DNA of 64,000 nt, taken from an uncultured Mycoplasmatota bacterium (GTDB taxonomy: Bacteria > Bacillota_I > Bacilli_A > RF39 > UBA660). The stretch spans positions 103,418 to 167,417 of the forward strand of contig CALEBF010000012.1 of the NCBI GenBank assembly GCA_937944975.1, read 5' to 3'. The notes beneath the pieces are model-generated. The model had not been told where the DNA came from and searched no databases. It saw only the letters and a program-made list of their open reading frames with translations. The first letter of the stretch is position 1, and every line of letters begins with the position of its first letter. The position numbers and the translations under genes are program-made. Shown piece after piece: positions 54,902-64,000 of the stretch.

Positions 54902-56719
54902 TTATTCTTCCACTTCTTCGAATTGTGAATTATACAACTTCGCATAGAATCCGTCTTTCGCAAGCAATTCTTCGTGGTTTCCAGTCTCGACGATATCTCC
55001 TTCGTTCATAACGATAATGAGATCTGCATTTTTAATCGTCGATAGACGGTGTGCGATGATGAAACTGGTTCTACCTTCCATCAATTTATCCATCGCATCT
55101 TGGATCAACAACTCTGTTCTCGTATCAACACTACTTGTCGCTTCGTCCAAAATCAATACTTTTGGATCTGCTAGAATCACACGAGCGATCGTAAGTAATT
55201 GTTTCTGACCACCAGAGATGTTGTCTGCTTCTTCATTGATAATCATATCGTATCCATCTGGTAATGTACGGATAAAGTGATCGACACTTGCTGTTTTACA
55301 AGCTTCTCTTACTTCATCTAAAGATGCATCTAATTTTCCGTAGCGAATATTATCCGCAATCGTCCCACTAAATAGCCAAGTGTCTTGCAATACCATTCCA
55401 AAGATAGAACGAAGATCTTGACGTTTGAAATCACGTACATCGTGTCCATCTACTAAAATTGCACCACTATTGACATCGTAAAAACGCATTAAAAGCTTAA
55501 TCATCGTAGACTTACCAGCTCCAGTAGGTCCAACGATTGCGACTTTCGCACCTTGTTTTACCTTCGCACTAAAGTCTTTGATGATGATACGATCTTCGTT
55601 ATAACCGAATTGAACATGCTTAAACTCGATGTTTCCTTTGATCTTATCTACAGGAAGTGGTTTCGTTGCTGTTTCAACTTCCTCTTTTTCGTCTAAGAAC
55701 TCAAATACTCTCTCACTTGCTGCAAGAGCTTGTTGTACCATGTTCATAATTTGTGACAACTGACTAATCTGTTGCATGAATGTTCTCGCATACTGCGTAA
55801 AAGATAGAATATCTCCTACTGCGATCTTATCTTTGATGACCATATATCCACCTAAGATCGATACGACGACATAACTTAAGTTTCCGATAAATTGCATAAT
55901 TGGATGCATCATCGTAGATAAGAATTGACTCTTCCATGCTGAATCGTATAGATCATGATTGATTTCGTTAAAGTGAACACTTGCTTTATCTTCTCCATTA
56001 AATGCTTTTACGATATCGTGTCCACCGTAGATTTCCTCTACGTGACCATTCATATCACCTAAGAATTTTTGCTGATTCAAGAAGTGAATCTGACTCTTCT
56101 TCATAACGATACCTAAAACGATCATGCAGAATGGTACGATTAACAAGACGACGATTGCCATTGGAATATTGATCGATACCATCATGATGAAGATTCCGAT
56201 CAAAGTTGCAATACTTGTAATAATCGATGTGATACTTTGATTCAAACTTTGCGTCAACATATCGACGTCATTTGTAATACGAGAAAGTACCTCTCCATGT
56301 GTTTTCGTATCGAAAAATTTCATCGGTAAATGATTGATTTTTTCTATTAAATCTTTACGTAAATTATAAGAGATCTTAGCAGAGACATTGCTCATGATAA
56401 ACCCTTGAATAAACGAGAAGAACAAACTTACGATATAAAGAGCAACCAATACGAGAATAATTTGATTGATTTTATCAAAGTCGATTCCACCGGTTCCACT
56501 GATCTTTAACATAAGGCCATTAAATATTTCAGTCGTAATATTTCCTAATATCTTCGGTCCTATGATCGTAAATACAGTCGAACCAATGGCAAATAAAATG
56601 ACGAACAATAATGAAATTTTATACTGTTTTAAAAGCCCCCACAATTTTAAAGAGGTCCCCTTTATGTCCTTTACTTTGACAGGGGCGTTGTTTTTAGGAC
56701 CTGGTCCATGATTATTCAT
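54902..56719 (-). CDS. ABC transporter permease/ATP-binding protein (exporter half-transporter, subunit 2)
   Basis: 6-TM domain + NBD: Walker A GPTGAGKST, signature LSGGQKQ, Walker B ILILDEATS. Confidence 0.85.
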   Translation of the reverse strand: MNNHGPGPKNNAPVKVKDIKGTSLKLWGLLKQYKISLLFVILFAIGSTVFTIIGPKILGNITTEIFNGLMLKISGTGGIDFDKINQIILVLVALYIVSLFFSFIQGFIMSNVSAKISYNLRKDLIEKINHLPMKFFDTKTHGEVLSRITNDVDMLTQSLNQSITSIITSIATLIGIFIMMVSINIPMAIVVLLIVPFCMIVLGIVMKKSQIHFLNQQKFLGDMNGHVEEIYGGHDIVKAFNGEDKASVHFNEINHDLYDSAWKSQFLSTMMHPIMQFIGNLSYVVVSILGGYMVIKDKIAVGDILSFTQYARTFMQQISQLSQIMNMVQQALAASERVFEFLDEKEEVETATKPLPVDKIKGNIEFKHVQFGYNEDRIIIKDFSAKVKQGAKVAIVGPTGAGKSTMIKLLMRFYDVNSGAILVDGHDVRDFKRQDLRSIFGMVLQDTWLFSGTIADNIRYGKLDASLDEVREACKTASVDHFIRTLPDGYDMIINEEADNISGGQKQLLTIARVILADPKVLILDEATSSVDTRTELLIQDAMDKLMEGRTSFIIAHRLSTIKNADLIIVMNEGDIVETGNHEELLAKDGFYAKLYNSQFEEVEE

Positions 56720-58871
56720 AATCTAACTCCTCCTTACTTAATTGTGATAATGCAATTTCGCGGTAAACGTCACACGTCTTCATAAGTTCTTGGTGTGTAC
56801 CTTTTCCTGCAACTTCACCTTCATTTAATACGATGATCTCATCTGCATTCATGATCGTACTAATACGTTGAGCAACGATTAAAACAGTCTTTTTCTTCGT
56901 AATTTTAGCAAGTTCCGCACGCAATTTAGCATCCGTCTTAAAATCAAGCGCTGAGAAACTGTCGTCGAAGACAAAGATATCTGGATCTTTGGCAAGTGCA
57001 CGAGCGATGGCAAGACGTTGTTTTTGACCACCACTGACGTTTGTTCCACCTTGGCTAATTGGTGCTTGATATCCTTTTTCCTGTGCTTCGATAAATTCTG
57101 TCGCCTGCGCAACGCGGGCACTTTCCTTCATCATCTTGTCAGTAATATGATCGTTGCCATATTTGATATTCGATTCGATCGTCCCACTGAATAAAACCCC
57201 TTTTTGTGGAACAAATCCAATTTTATCGCGTAACTCGTGAACACCAACTTCGCGGATATCAACTCCATCGATTAAAATACTTCCTTTTGAAACATCGAAG
57301 AATCTTGGAATTAAATTGACAACTGTTGATTTTCCACTTCCGGTACTTCCGATAAACGCTGTCGTTTTACCAGGTTCTGCAACAAAGTTGATATCGGTTA
57401 ACACATCATAGTCTGCATCCGGATAACGGAAACATACATTTTTAAATTCTACCGTTCCACGTTTCTTTGGATCGAACGCTTTCTTTACTTTTGGATCCTT
57501 AATTGCAATATCATGTTCTAACACTTCGTTAATACGTTTCGCACTAACACTTGCTCTCGGCAACATAATACTCATCATAGAGATCATTAAGAATGCCATG
57601 ATAATTTGCATTGTATACTGAATGTAAGCCATGATGTCTCCTACTTGCATTGTACCTGTATCGACACCATTTGCTCCCTTCCATACGATAAGTAAACAAA
57701 TCATATTCATGATAAACATCATCGCTGGCATCATAAATGACATCGTACGTCCGACAAAACGTGTAAGTCTCGTTAAACGATCGTTAACTCCATCGAAGCG
57801 TTCTTCCTCGTGTTTCTCGTTTGCAAAAGCACGTACGACCGGAAGACCCGTTAAAATTTCTCTCGTTACTTGATTCAAGCGGTCTACCATCTTTTGCATT
57901 TTCTTCATCTTTGGCATTGCAATTCCAAACATCACGATAACGAGAATAGAAATAGATAGAACTGCAATTCCGATAATATACGTCATGCTTGCGTTGGTAT
58001 TCATCGCTTTGATCAGTCCTCCGACAGCGATGATCGGCGCATAGAATACAACACGAAGTAAGAATACAATTACCATCTGAACCTGTTGAATATCGTTTGT
58101 CGTTCTCGTAATCAAACTAGACGCACTTAACTCTTTCATCTCTGTTTTTGAAAAATCTAGTACTTTATGGAATACCTTTTCACGGAGTGTCTTAGAAAGA
58201 CGAGCTGCCATACGTGAACCAATAAAGACGATTAAAATTCCATCCAACATGATGATAAGTGCAAGTCCTAACATCTTTGCACCTGTAATAAAGATATAGT
58301 TTGTTTGCATTTGATCTGTATCGACACCGATACGAATAAGTTCTGTCTTACTATACGCAACAGCAGCTTGATCGACAATCGTCTCTGGAATTTCTTCCAT
58401 CTTCTTGTCGATTTCTTTCATCATTTCTTTCTTTTGTGCTTCTGGCATAACAGAAAGCATTTGAAATAAATCTACCCCTTCTGGTAGTTGTAACATCTTA
58501 CTTGCTTCAGGATCAGATGCGTAAGAAATCAACATCATCGGTTCTGCAAGAATGTCACCTAATTTCTCTTGATCTACTCCATCTTTTCGCTTGTAAATAG
58601 TCTCGTCTTTGTAAGAACCATCTTTTTCGTAAGACTTTGCTACGTATTTTTGATCCTTTTCATCTAGGAAAAGCATTATTTTTTGATAAGTACTTTCTCC
58701 CATCTCTGTAATTGCAGCATTCTCGATCCCGCTTTGCTGTACTCCGACATTGACGATCTTCGAAGTATATTCAGGTAAAGTTAAATCGCACCAAGCTTGC
58801 AAAAATAAAAGTAAGATGATCGCTAAGATAGAAAGGATCGAACTTTTCAAATATCTAAATACTTTTAGCAT
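56712..58871 (-). CDS. ABC transporter permease/ATP-binding protein (exporter half-transporter, subunit 1, with extended extracytoplasmic loop)
   Basis: Walker A GSTGSGKST, signature VSGGQKQR, Walker B FVFDDSFSALD; ~150-aa insertion between TM1 and TM2; 8-nt overlap with next gene. Confidence 0.85.
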   Translation of the reverse strand: MLKVFRYLKSSILSILAIILLLFLQAWCDLTLPEYTSKIVNVGVQQSGIENAAITEMGESTYQKIMLFLDEKDQKYVAKSYEKDGSYKDETIYKRKDGVDQEKLGDILAEPMMLISYASDPEASKMLQLPEGVDLFQMLSVMPEAQKKEMMKEIDKKMEEIPETIVDQAAVAYSKTELIRIGVDTDQMQTNYIFITGAKMLGLALIIMLDGILIVFIGSRMAARLSKTLREKVFHKVLDFSKTEMKELSASSLITRTTNDIQQVQMVIVFLLRVVFYAPIIAVGGLIKAMNTNASMTYIIGIAVLSISILVIVMFGIAMPKMKKMQKMVDRLNQVTREILTGLPVVRAFANEKHEEERFDGVNDRLTRLTRFVGRTMSFMMPAMMFIMNMICLLIVWKGANGVDTGTMQVGDIMAYIQYTMQIIMAFLMISMMSIMLPRASVSAKRINEVLEHDIAIKDPKVKKAFDPKKRGTVEFKNVCFRYPDADYDVLTDINFVAEPGKTTAFIGSTGSGKSTVVNLIPRFFDVSKGSILIDGVDIREVGVHELRDKIGFVPQKGVLFSGTIESNIKYGNDHITDKMMKESARVAQATEFIEAQEKGYQAPISQGGTNVSGGQKQRLAIARALAKDPDIFVFDDSFSALDFKTDAKLRAELAKITKKKTVLIVAQRISTIMNADEIIVLNEGEVAGKGTHQELMKTCDVYREIALSQLSKEELDYE

Positions 58872-59488
58872 ATTTCTCCTCCCTTTGATTGATAGAAACC
58901 ATTTTTCAAAAAATTCAATTGTCTTTTAAACTTTTCCAGTGCTTCTTCCTTTGTAAGCCCAAACTTTAAAATTGCTACTAAATTATGAATGAACATCATG
59001 TGGATCAAATCGACAATCTCAGATAGGTCTTCCTTTGACTTCAACTTTAACTTTGTAAAATCGACATGCTCGAACATCTGCGATAAGACCGCATTTTTTA
59101 ACTCGTGCTTTTTGAAAAAAGAATCGTTCTTGAAATCTGTATTCATGATCATGCGATGGAAAAAATCTCGATTTTTATCCGTTCTTATCTTATGGATCAC
59201 GGCTTCAAATAATGCAAGATACGTATCGATTAAATCACCATCATGTTCTTGTAATATCTTCGTAAATCCTTCCTCTAACTTCTTTTCATGTGTCTTTAAA
59301 AGATAGCTATATAAATCTTCCTTATCTTTAAAGTACATATAAAAACTACCGCGAGGAATTCCTGCATTCATAATAATTTGATTGATGGAAGATTCATGAA
59401 AAGGAACACGGCTAAACTCTTTCATTGCTGAAGCTAAAATGCAATCTTGTTTTTCTTTTGGCAATCTAAAAAAAGTCTCTGTCGGCAT
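58865..59488 (-). CDS. TetR/AcrR-family transcriptional regulator
   Basis: N-terminal HTH SINQIIMNAGIPRGSFYMYFKDKEDLY; first gene of regulator-ABC-ABC operon. Confidence 0.8.
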   Translation of the reverse strand: MPTETFFRLPKEKQDCILASAMKEFSRVPFHESSINQIIMNAGIPRGSFYMYFKDKEDLYSYLLKTHEKKLEEGFTKILQEHDGDLIDTYLALFEAVIHKIRTDKNRDFFHRMIMNTDFKNDSFFKKHELKNAVLSQMFEHVDFTKLKLKSKEDLSEIVDLIHMMFIHNLVAILKFGLTKEEALEKFKRQLNFLKNGFYQSKGGEIC

Positions 59489-59531
59489 CTGGCACCTACT
59501 TTCTGAAAAATAGTCACATGTTACATTATAT

Positions 59532-59546
59532 ATGACAGGGTGTCAT
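59532..59546. promoter_or_regulatory. perfect 6-3-6 palindrome ATGACAgggTGTCAT, candidate TetR operator
   Basis: Located 44 bp upstream of tetR-family gene start in the divergent intergenic region. Confidence 0.4.
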
Positions 59547-59578
59547 GTGTCAACCAAAATAATTATATTTACCACAAT

Positions 59579-59607
59579 TTTACATATTCCTCTTCTTGTG
59601 CTATAAT
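59579..59607 (+). promoter_or_regulatory. sigma-A-type promoter with extended -10 (TTTACA-17-TGcTATAAT)
   Basis: TTTACA 59579-59584, 17-nt spacer, TGCTATAAT ending 59607; AAAGGAGGG RBS then GTG start at 59633. Confidence 0.45.
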
Positions 59608-59632
59608 ACACAGCCAAAAGGAGGGGGTTACT

Positions 59633-60166
59633 GTGGATACATATCTATTTTTAAAAAAATTCTTACAAGAGATGGATGAAGCATTTTCCTATGGTTGGTG
59701 GGATGAAAATAATATTTGTCACAAAGAGACGATGGAAAATTTCCACGAATTATATCGTACTTCTTCGTTAGAACAAGCAGCTAAAAATCATGTGGGAAGT
59801 TGTGTCGAACAATCTTTATATCAAAGAGAGTACTTTACTTATCATAATCTTCCAACGAAACTTTATACTCTCGTTTCTAAAAAAACAGGTGGAACAGGCG
59901 CTGACTTTCGTATACATTGTTTTACTTTAGTATTTAAAGATAACCTCGTCTACCACTTCGAACATGCAAACACTCTCAACCAAAATGTATCTATCTATCC
60001 AAATAAAGAAAGAGCATTTACTAAAATTAAAAAGCTATATAGTATCGGTGATACCGCAGAAACCGAAATATATGAAACGGACAATATACCTGTAGGTTTA
60101 TCTTTACAAGAATTGAAACAAACGGTAGAAAAAAAGAAACCGCAAAAACAATTTTATATCGTATAA
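59633..60166 (+). CDS. hypothetical cytoplasmic protein
   Basis: GTG 59633 (VDTYLFLKKFLQEM...) with strong RBS; the track's longer ATG 59540 start lies upstream of the promoter/RBS signals. Confidence 0.5.
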   Translation: MDTYLFLKKFLQEMDEAFSYGWWDENNICHKETMENFHELYRTSSLEQAAKNHVGSCVEQSLYQREYFTYHNLPTKLYTLVSKKTGGTGADFRIHCFTLVFKDNLVYHFEHANTLNQNVSIYPNKERAFTKIKKLYSIGDTAETEIYETDNIPVGLSLQELKQTVEKKKPQKQFYIV

Positions 60167-60197
60167 CAAAAGCAACCTAATGGTTGCTTTCTTTTTT
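60167..60197. terminator. bidirectional terminator between convergent hypothetical gene and fhs
   Basis: AAGCAACC-taat-GGTTGCTT perfect 8-bp stem flanked by A-run/T-run. Confidence 0.7.
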
Positions 60198-61839
60198 AAA
60201 ATAACCCGACGATTGTCCCGTCTTTTTTGATATCGATTTTCTCGTAATTTGGGTGTTTTGGTAACCCTGGCATCGTCATAATGTTTCCCATCAAAACAAC
60301 GATAAAACCTGCTCCACTATTCAAATTCACATCGCGCACCGTCATCGTATGCCCTTCTGGGAGCCCTAATTTTTTTGCATCATCCGAAAGAGAATATTGC
60401 GTCTTAGCGATGCATACAGGTAGACTCCCGTACCCCATTGCTTCATATTGTTTTAATTTTTCTAAAACACCTTGTTCATACTGAATGTCGGAAGCCCTAT
60501 AAATTTCATGACTCACCTTTTCAATTTTTTCCATAAGAGATACTTCGTCCTGATATAACAATTGAAATTTACTATCTTCTTTGCATGTGTCTAAAACAAG
60601 TTGCGCAAGTTCCAATGAACCAGCACTTCCTTTTGTATGTGCACTAGAATAAGCACACGGTACTCCAAGAGATTCACAATACATTTTTACATACTTTAAT
60701 TCTTCTTCTGTATCACACTCAAATTGATTGATACATACGACAACATGATTTAAATATTTCTGCATGTTTTCAATATGCGCTTTTAGATTGACAATTCCAT
60801 TTTTCAAAGAATCTAGATCTTCTATATCTAACGTTTCTTTCGTCGATCCTCCATTATATTTTAAACTACGAATCGTCGTATTCAAAACAATCACAGATGG
60901 TTTTAAATTTCCATATCTACATTTGATATCCAAAAACTTTTCCGCACCGAGATCCGATCCAAATCCTGCTTCTGTCACTACGTAATCTGCCAAAGACAGT
61001 CCCATCTTTGTCGCAATCAGTGAATTACATCCGTGTGCGATATTGGCAAATGGTCCTCCATGTAAAATGGCAGGATTCCCTTCTAGAGTCTGTACTAAAT
61101 TAGGTTTGATCGCATCTTTTAAAAGTAACGTCATCGCCCCTTCGACGTGTAAATCTCTCACGTAAAGTGGCTTCCCTTCTAAATTATAGCCAATACAAAT
61201 ACGTGCGATTCGTGCTTTTAAATCCTCTAAGTTTTCTGCTAGACACAGAATAGCCATCAATTCACTTGCAACTGTAATTACAAAGGAATCCTCTCTTTTG
61301 TCTTCCTTCGGTCCTACCGTAATATTTCTCAATGCACGATCGTTCATATCCATTGCTCTCGATACCATGATCCTATTTTTATCGATCTTAAGTCCGTTTC
61401 CTTGAAATATGTGATTATCGATTGCAGCACACAAAAGATTATTAGCGGATGTTAGTGCATGCATATCTCCAGTAAAATGCAGGTTGATATCTTCCATCGG
61501 AACTACTTGAGCGTATCCCCCACCGGTTGCACCTCCTTTGATTCCGAAAACAGGTCCTAAAGATGGTTCTCTTAATACTGGTAGAGAACGACATCCCGAT
61601 TTACAAAGCGCATCGGAAAGTCCGATTGCCATCGTCGTCTTTCCCTCGCCATATGGAGTTGGATTGGTACTTGTCACAAGAATAAGTTTCCCCTGGTGAT
61701 TTTCTCTCGGTGTCCCTGTAATCTTTGCCTTGTACTTTCCATAACATTCTAACATATTTTCTTCGAGTCCTAACTTTTTACCAATTTCTACAATAGGTAA
61801 CATTGTATGTCCCTGTGCGATTTCCAAATCTGTTTTCAT
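60196..61839 (-). CDS. fhs: formate--tetrahydrofolate ligase
   Basis: MKTDLEIAQ..., PTPYGEGKTTMAIGL P-loop, full-length 547 aa. Confidence 0.9.
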   Translation of the reverse strand: MKTDLEIAQGHTMLPIVEIGKKLGLEENMLECYGKYKAKITGTPRENHQGKLILVTSTNPTPYGEGKTTMAIGLSDALCKSGCRSLPVLREPSLGPVFGIKGGATGGGYAQVVPMEDINLHFTGDMHALTSANNLLCAAIDNHIFQGNGLKIDKNRIMVSRAMDMNDRALRNITVGPKEDKREDSFVITVASELMAILCLAENLEDLKARIARICIGYNLEGKPLYVRDLHVEGAMTLLLKDAIKPNLVQTLEGNPAILHGGPFANIAHGCNSLIATKMGLSLADYVVTEAGFGSDLGAEKFLDIKCRYGNLKPSVIVLNTTIRSLKYNGGSTKETLDIEDLDSLKNGIVNLKAHIENMQKYLNHVVVCINQFECDTEEELKYVKMYCESLGVPCAYSSAHTKGSAGSLELAQLVLDTCKEDSKFQLLYQDEVSLMEKIEKVSHEIYRASDIQYEQGVLEKLKQYEAMGYGSLPVCIAKTQYSLSDDAKKLGLPEGHTMTVRDVNLNSGAGFIVVLMGNIMTMPGLPKHPNYEKIDIKKDGTIVGLF

Positions 61840-61875
61840 CGTATCACCTCTAATTCATTATATCATACCCCTATA

Positions 61876-61898
61876 GAAAAAGAACATCGTAATGTTCT
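61876..61898 (-). terminator. intrinsic terminator after multi-HTH repeat gene
   Basis: Minus strand AGAACAU-uacg-AUGUUCU then UUUUUCUAU. Confidence 0.6.
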
Positions 61899-61903
61899 TC
61901 TAT

Positions 61904-64000
61904 CTACTTATTAAAAATACTAGATAATTGCTTTACAACTTTTTTTCCTTCAAATTTCGTTTCAAAATCTTCTTTTGATATATAATTTAAAACATACCTT
62001 ATCGTTTCAATTAAATAGGTACGCGCATCTTGTTCTGTACATCCACACAATTCAGCAATTTCTCGAGAACTCTTAATCGGTTTATTTGGAAATCCAAAGA
62101 AAAGATTTAAGATTTTCTCTTGTACAAAATTCAATTTCATTTCATCTGTTGTCAGTGCTTGCTGTACCATTAAACGTAATGCACGGAAATCTTTATCTTG
62201 CAATTGTAATATGTTGTCCTCATTCACATTAGAAATTTTTTCGACAGATGCTAGGATTGCAGGATTCTTAGCTACTTTAGATTGTTTTAATATTAACTTA
62301 GCGCTCTGGATAAACTTTTCTACTTTCCACTCTTTGAAATGGACCTTTTCTGCTATCTCAGAAATTGTCATAGGGGCGACTGTAAAACCATAATAATAAT
62401 TCACACATATTGCTTCTAGTTTTCCTAATTCAAAACTAGCAAATGTAAATTTTGGAAGCAACGTTTGTCTTTCCCTTACCCACATCTTATCTTCTTTAAG
62501 AGACTCAGATGCCTTTTTTTGAATAGAAATAACAGTTTGCTTTAATTCATTTTTAATAGACACGATAGATAACTCAGGATATTTTTCATGTATTTGTTCA
62601 ACAGAATGACGCGTGGTATCAATACCATAAAATTCGTACAATCTTTGATATTTAGGAAGATTTGGTATCGATTGCAACTGTGAAAGTAAAACCATAATTT
62701 CTTCTCTTGAAATCGAATGTAAAAAATCCATCGTCGTATCTTTTTTAGGCATACTTGCCTTTTTATGCAATTCTACTACTCTTGAAAAGTTTGGCAGTCC
62801 TTTTTTACTTTCTACTGCACGATCACAACGGAGTACATAATCTATCACAATACGGCACATTTCTGGCACGGATTCTGTCTTATTCTCCAACCACATTTCA
62901 TACGCTTTTTGATATTCTAATGGAATATATGGTTGATAGATATAATATAAATTTTCATACTCTACTTTCGTTTTTACTGACTCAAAATCTTCCATATCTT
63001 TTTGAATGTCTCGCTTACTACGAAATTGTCTTCTTTTCACCCATGCATCATAGTCATTCATACACCCTTTTAAATCTTTTAAAAGGCGACCTTTCATTCC
63101 GTAAATACTCTGTTGCGCAATATGCATTCGTTCTACCGTTTTGGTTATCAACTCTTCATACGTGTTTGAAGCAAAATAGATCTCTGCAAATTCACGTTCT
63201 CTTGGTGATAACAACATTTTGATCTTCTCATAAACAGGTCTTAGTTGTTCGCGCGTCTGAAAAAAGGATTCGGAATTGCGAGATTTCAGAGGTGCTTTTA
63301 TCTTCTGCTTCTCCTTATTTTTCTTTTCCACCCACTCTTCATAATTATCACTACATTCTCTTAGTTCTTTTAACAGTTTACTTTTCATGACACGAGCACT
63401 CTGTGGAGCGATATTTAATTGTTGTTCTACATTGTTTAAAAATTCTTCCATAGATGTCGATGCAAAATAGATTTCTGCAAACTTTTGCCTTTTTATAGAA
63501 AACATAGACTTTATCTTTTCGTAAGTTGGCCGCACCTCTTCCTTCACAGAAAGAAAATTTTCGAAAGCAAGAGATTTTTTCGCTTTCTGTTTATTACTTT
63601 GTTTTTTTACCCATGCTTGATAATCGGTTTGAAATTGATGCATTCCTACTCGGAAGTTCGTTTTCATATCCAAAATTTGTGATGGTGCTACATGATACTT
63701 GTCAACACACTTCTGTACAAACTCGTCATTTGTATCAGATGACAGGATTAAATCAATGAGTTCTAATTCTCGATCAGTTAAATACGGACGTCCCTTTTCA
63801 TAAAATTCCCCTGTCCTTTTTTGAAATTTTTTCCATGGATTCGTTGCACTTCTCTTTTCTACCCAAGCCACATAATTTTCTTTACATTCTCTAACTTCTT
63901 TCAAAATTTTATACTTCATACGATAAGCACTTTGTAAACTAAGATTCATTTGCTCATGAACCTTTTTCATCAATTCTTCATTTGATGCAGACACCAAATA
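61904..64000 (-). CDS. large protein built of repeated sigma-70 region-4-like helix-turn-helix modules (5' end probably beyond window)
   Basis: >=4 tandem ~100-aa repeats containing (R/K)E(R/Q)xFAEIYFAS(N/T)xxEE(L/F)...IAxQSxxxMK(S/G)(K/R)LLK(E/D)L(R/K)xCx(D/E)NYxxWV(E/K)K plus a C-terminal module SSREIAELCGCTEQDARTYLIETIRYVL; frame open to window end (first in-window Met at 63997). Confidence 0.55.
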   Translation of the reverse strand, partial: YLVSASNEELMKKVHEQMNLSLQSAYRMKYKILKEVRECKENYVAWVEKRSATNPWKKFQKRTGEFYEKGRPYLTDRELELIDLILSSDTNDEFVQKCVDKYHVAPSQILDMKTNFRVGMHQFQTDYQAWVKKQSNKQKAKKSLAFENFLSVKEEVRPTYEKIKSMFSIKRQKFAEIYFASTSMEEFLNNVEQQLNIAPQSARVMKSKLLKELRECSDNYEEWVEKKNKEKQKIKAPLKSRNSESFFQTREQLRPVYEKIKMLLSPREREFAEIYFASNTYEELITKTVERMHIAQQSIYGMKGRLLKDLKGCMNDYDAWVKRRQFRSKRDIQKDMEDFESVKTKVEYENLYYIYQPYIPLEYQKAYEMWLENKTESVPEMCRIVIDYVLRCDRAVESKKGLPNFSRVVELHKKASMPKKDTTMDFLHSISREEIMVLLSQLQSIPNLPKYQRLYEFYGIDTTRHSVEQIHEKYPELSIVSIKNELKQTVISIQKKASESLKEDKMWVRERQTLLPKFTFASFELGKLEAICVNYYYGFTVAPMTISEIAEKVHFKEWKVEKFIQSAKLILKQSKVAKNPAILASVEKISNVNEDNILQLQDKDFRALRLMVQQALTTDEMKLNFVQEKILNLFFGFPNKPIKSSREIAELCGCTEQDARTYLIETIRYVLNYISKEDFETKFEGKKVVKQLSSIFNK

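Noticed and set aside
54754-54963. 69-aa minus-strand ORF in the murT / ABC-exporter intergenic region
   Set aside because: It overlaps the 3' end and terminator of the ABC gene, is highly basic and low-complexity, and has no RBS. The region is better explained by the terminator plus murT promoter.
1-64000. Search for mobile elements, CRISPR arrays, tRNA/rRNA genes, and toxin-antitoxin or restriction-modification modules
   Set aside because: No transposase, integrase or recombinase ORFs were found. No direct-repeat arrays with regular spacers, no cloverleaf-like GC-rich ~75-nt islands, and no rRNA-like conserved stretches. The window looks like core chromosome rather than a mobile island.

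Overview
This is an AT-rich (about one-third GC) chromosomal segment of Bacillota (Firmicutes) type, almost entirely coding, with most genes on the minus strand. I found no rRNA, tRNA, CRISPR array, transposase or obvious prophage. Much of the window is housekeeping genes in Bacillus-like microsynteny: mutS (5' part), ylbL-like and ylbJ-like, trmK(yqfN) beside yqfQ-like, sigA-dnaG, uvsE, ftsW-comEA-comEC, def, smc, tcdA, metK behind a SAM-I riboswitch, ttcA, uppP overlapping a DUF368-like gene, addB-addA, murT-gatD, a TetR plus heterodimeric ABC exporter operon, and fhs. Small sporulation-type proteins (YjcZ-like, YqfQ-like) suggest a spore-former with compacted proteins (short SMC and AddAB). 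Findings, most unusual first: (1) A compact type IV filament / competence-pilus-like locus at 4.26-11.65 kb. Two very large prepilin-signal proteins (556 and 476 aa) carry paralogous C-terminal glycine-rich domains, and the locus has no small ComGC-type major pilin gene. It also holds a minimal ComGA/GspE-like ATPase, an A24 prepilin peptidase, and a GspF-like platform protein with a roughly 240-aa N-terminal transmembrane plus coiled-coil extension. (2) Three tandem, diverged paralogs of a small coiled-coil membrane protein family of unknown function, at 29.46-31.77 kb. (3) Two secreted proteins sharing an N-terminal anchor motif; one heads a soluble GT2 plus GT-C membrane glycosyltransferase operon. 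(4) A protein built from at least five repeated sigma-70 region-4-like helix-turn-helix modules, running off the window end. Supporting regulatory signals are listed: terminators, a SAM-I riboswitch, a TetR operator-like palindrome, and consensus promoters.
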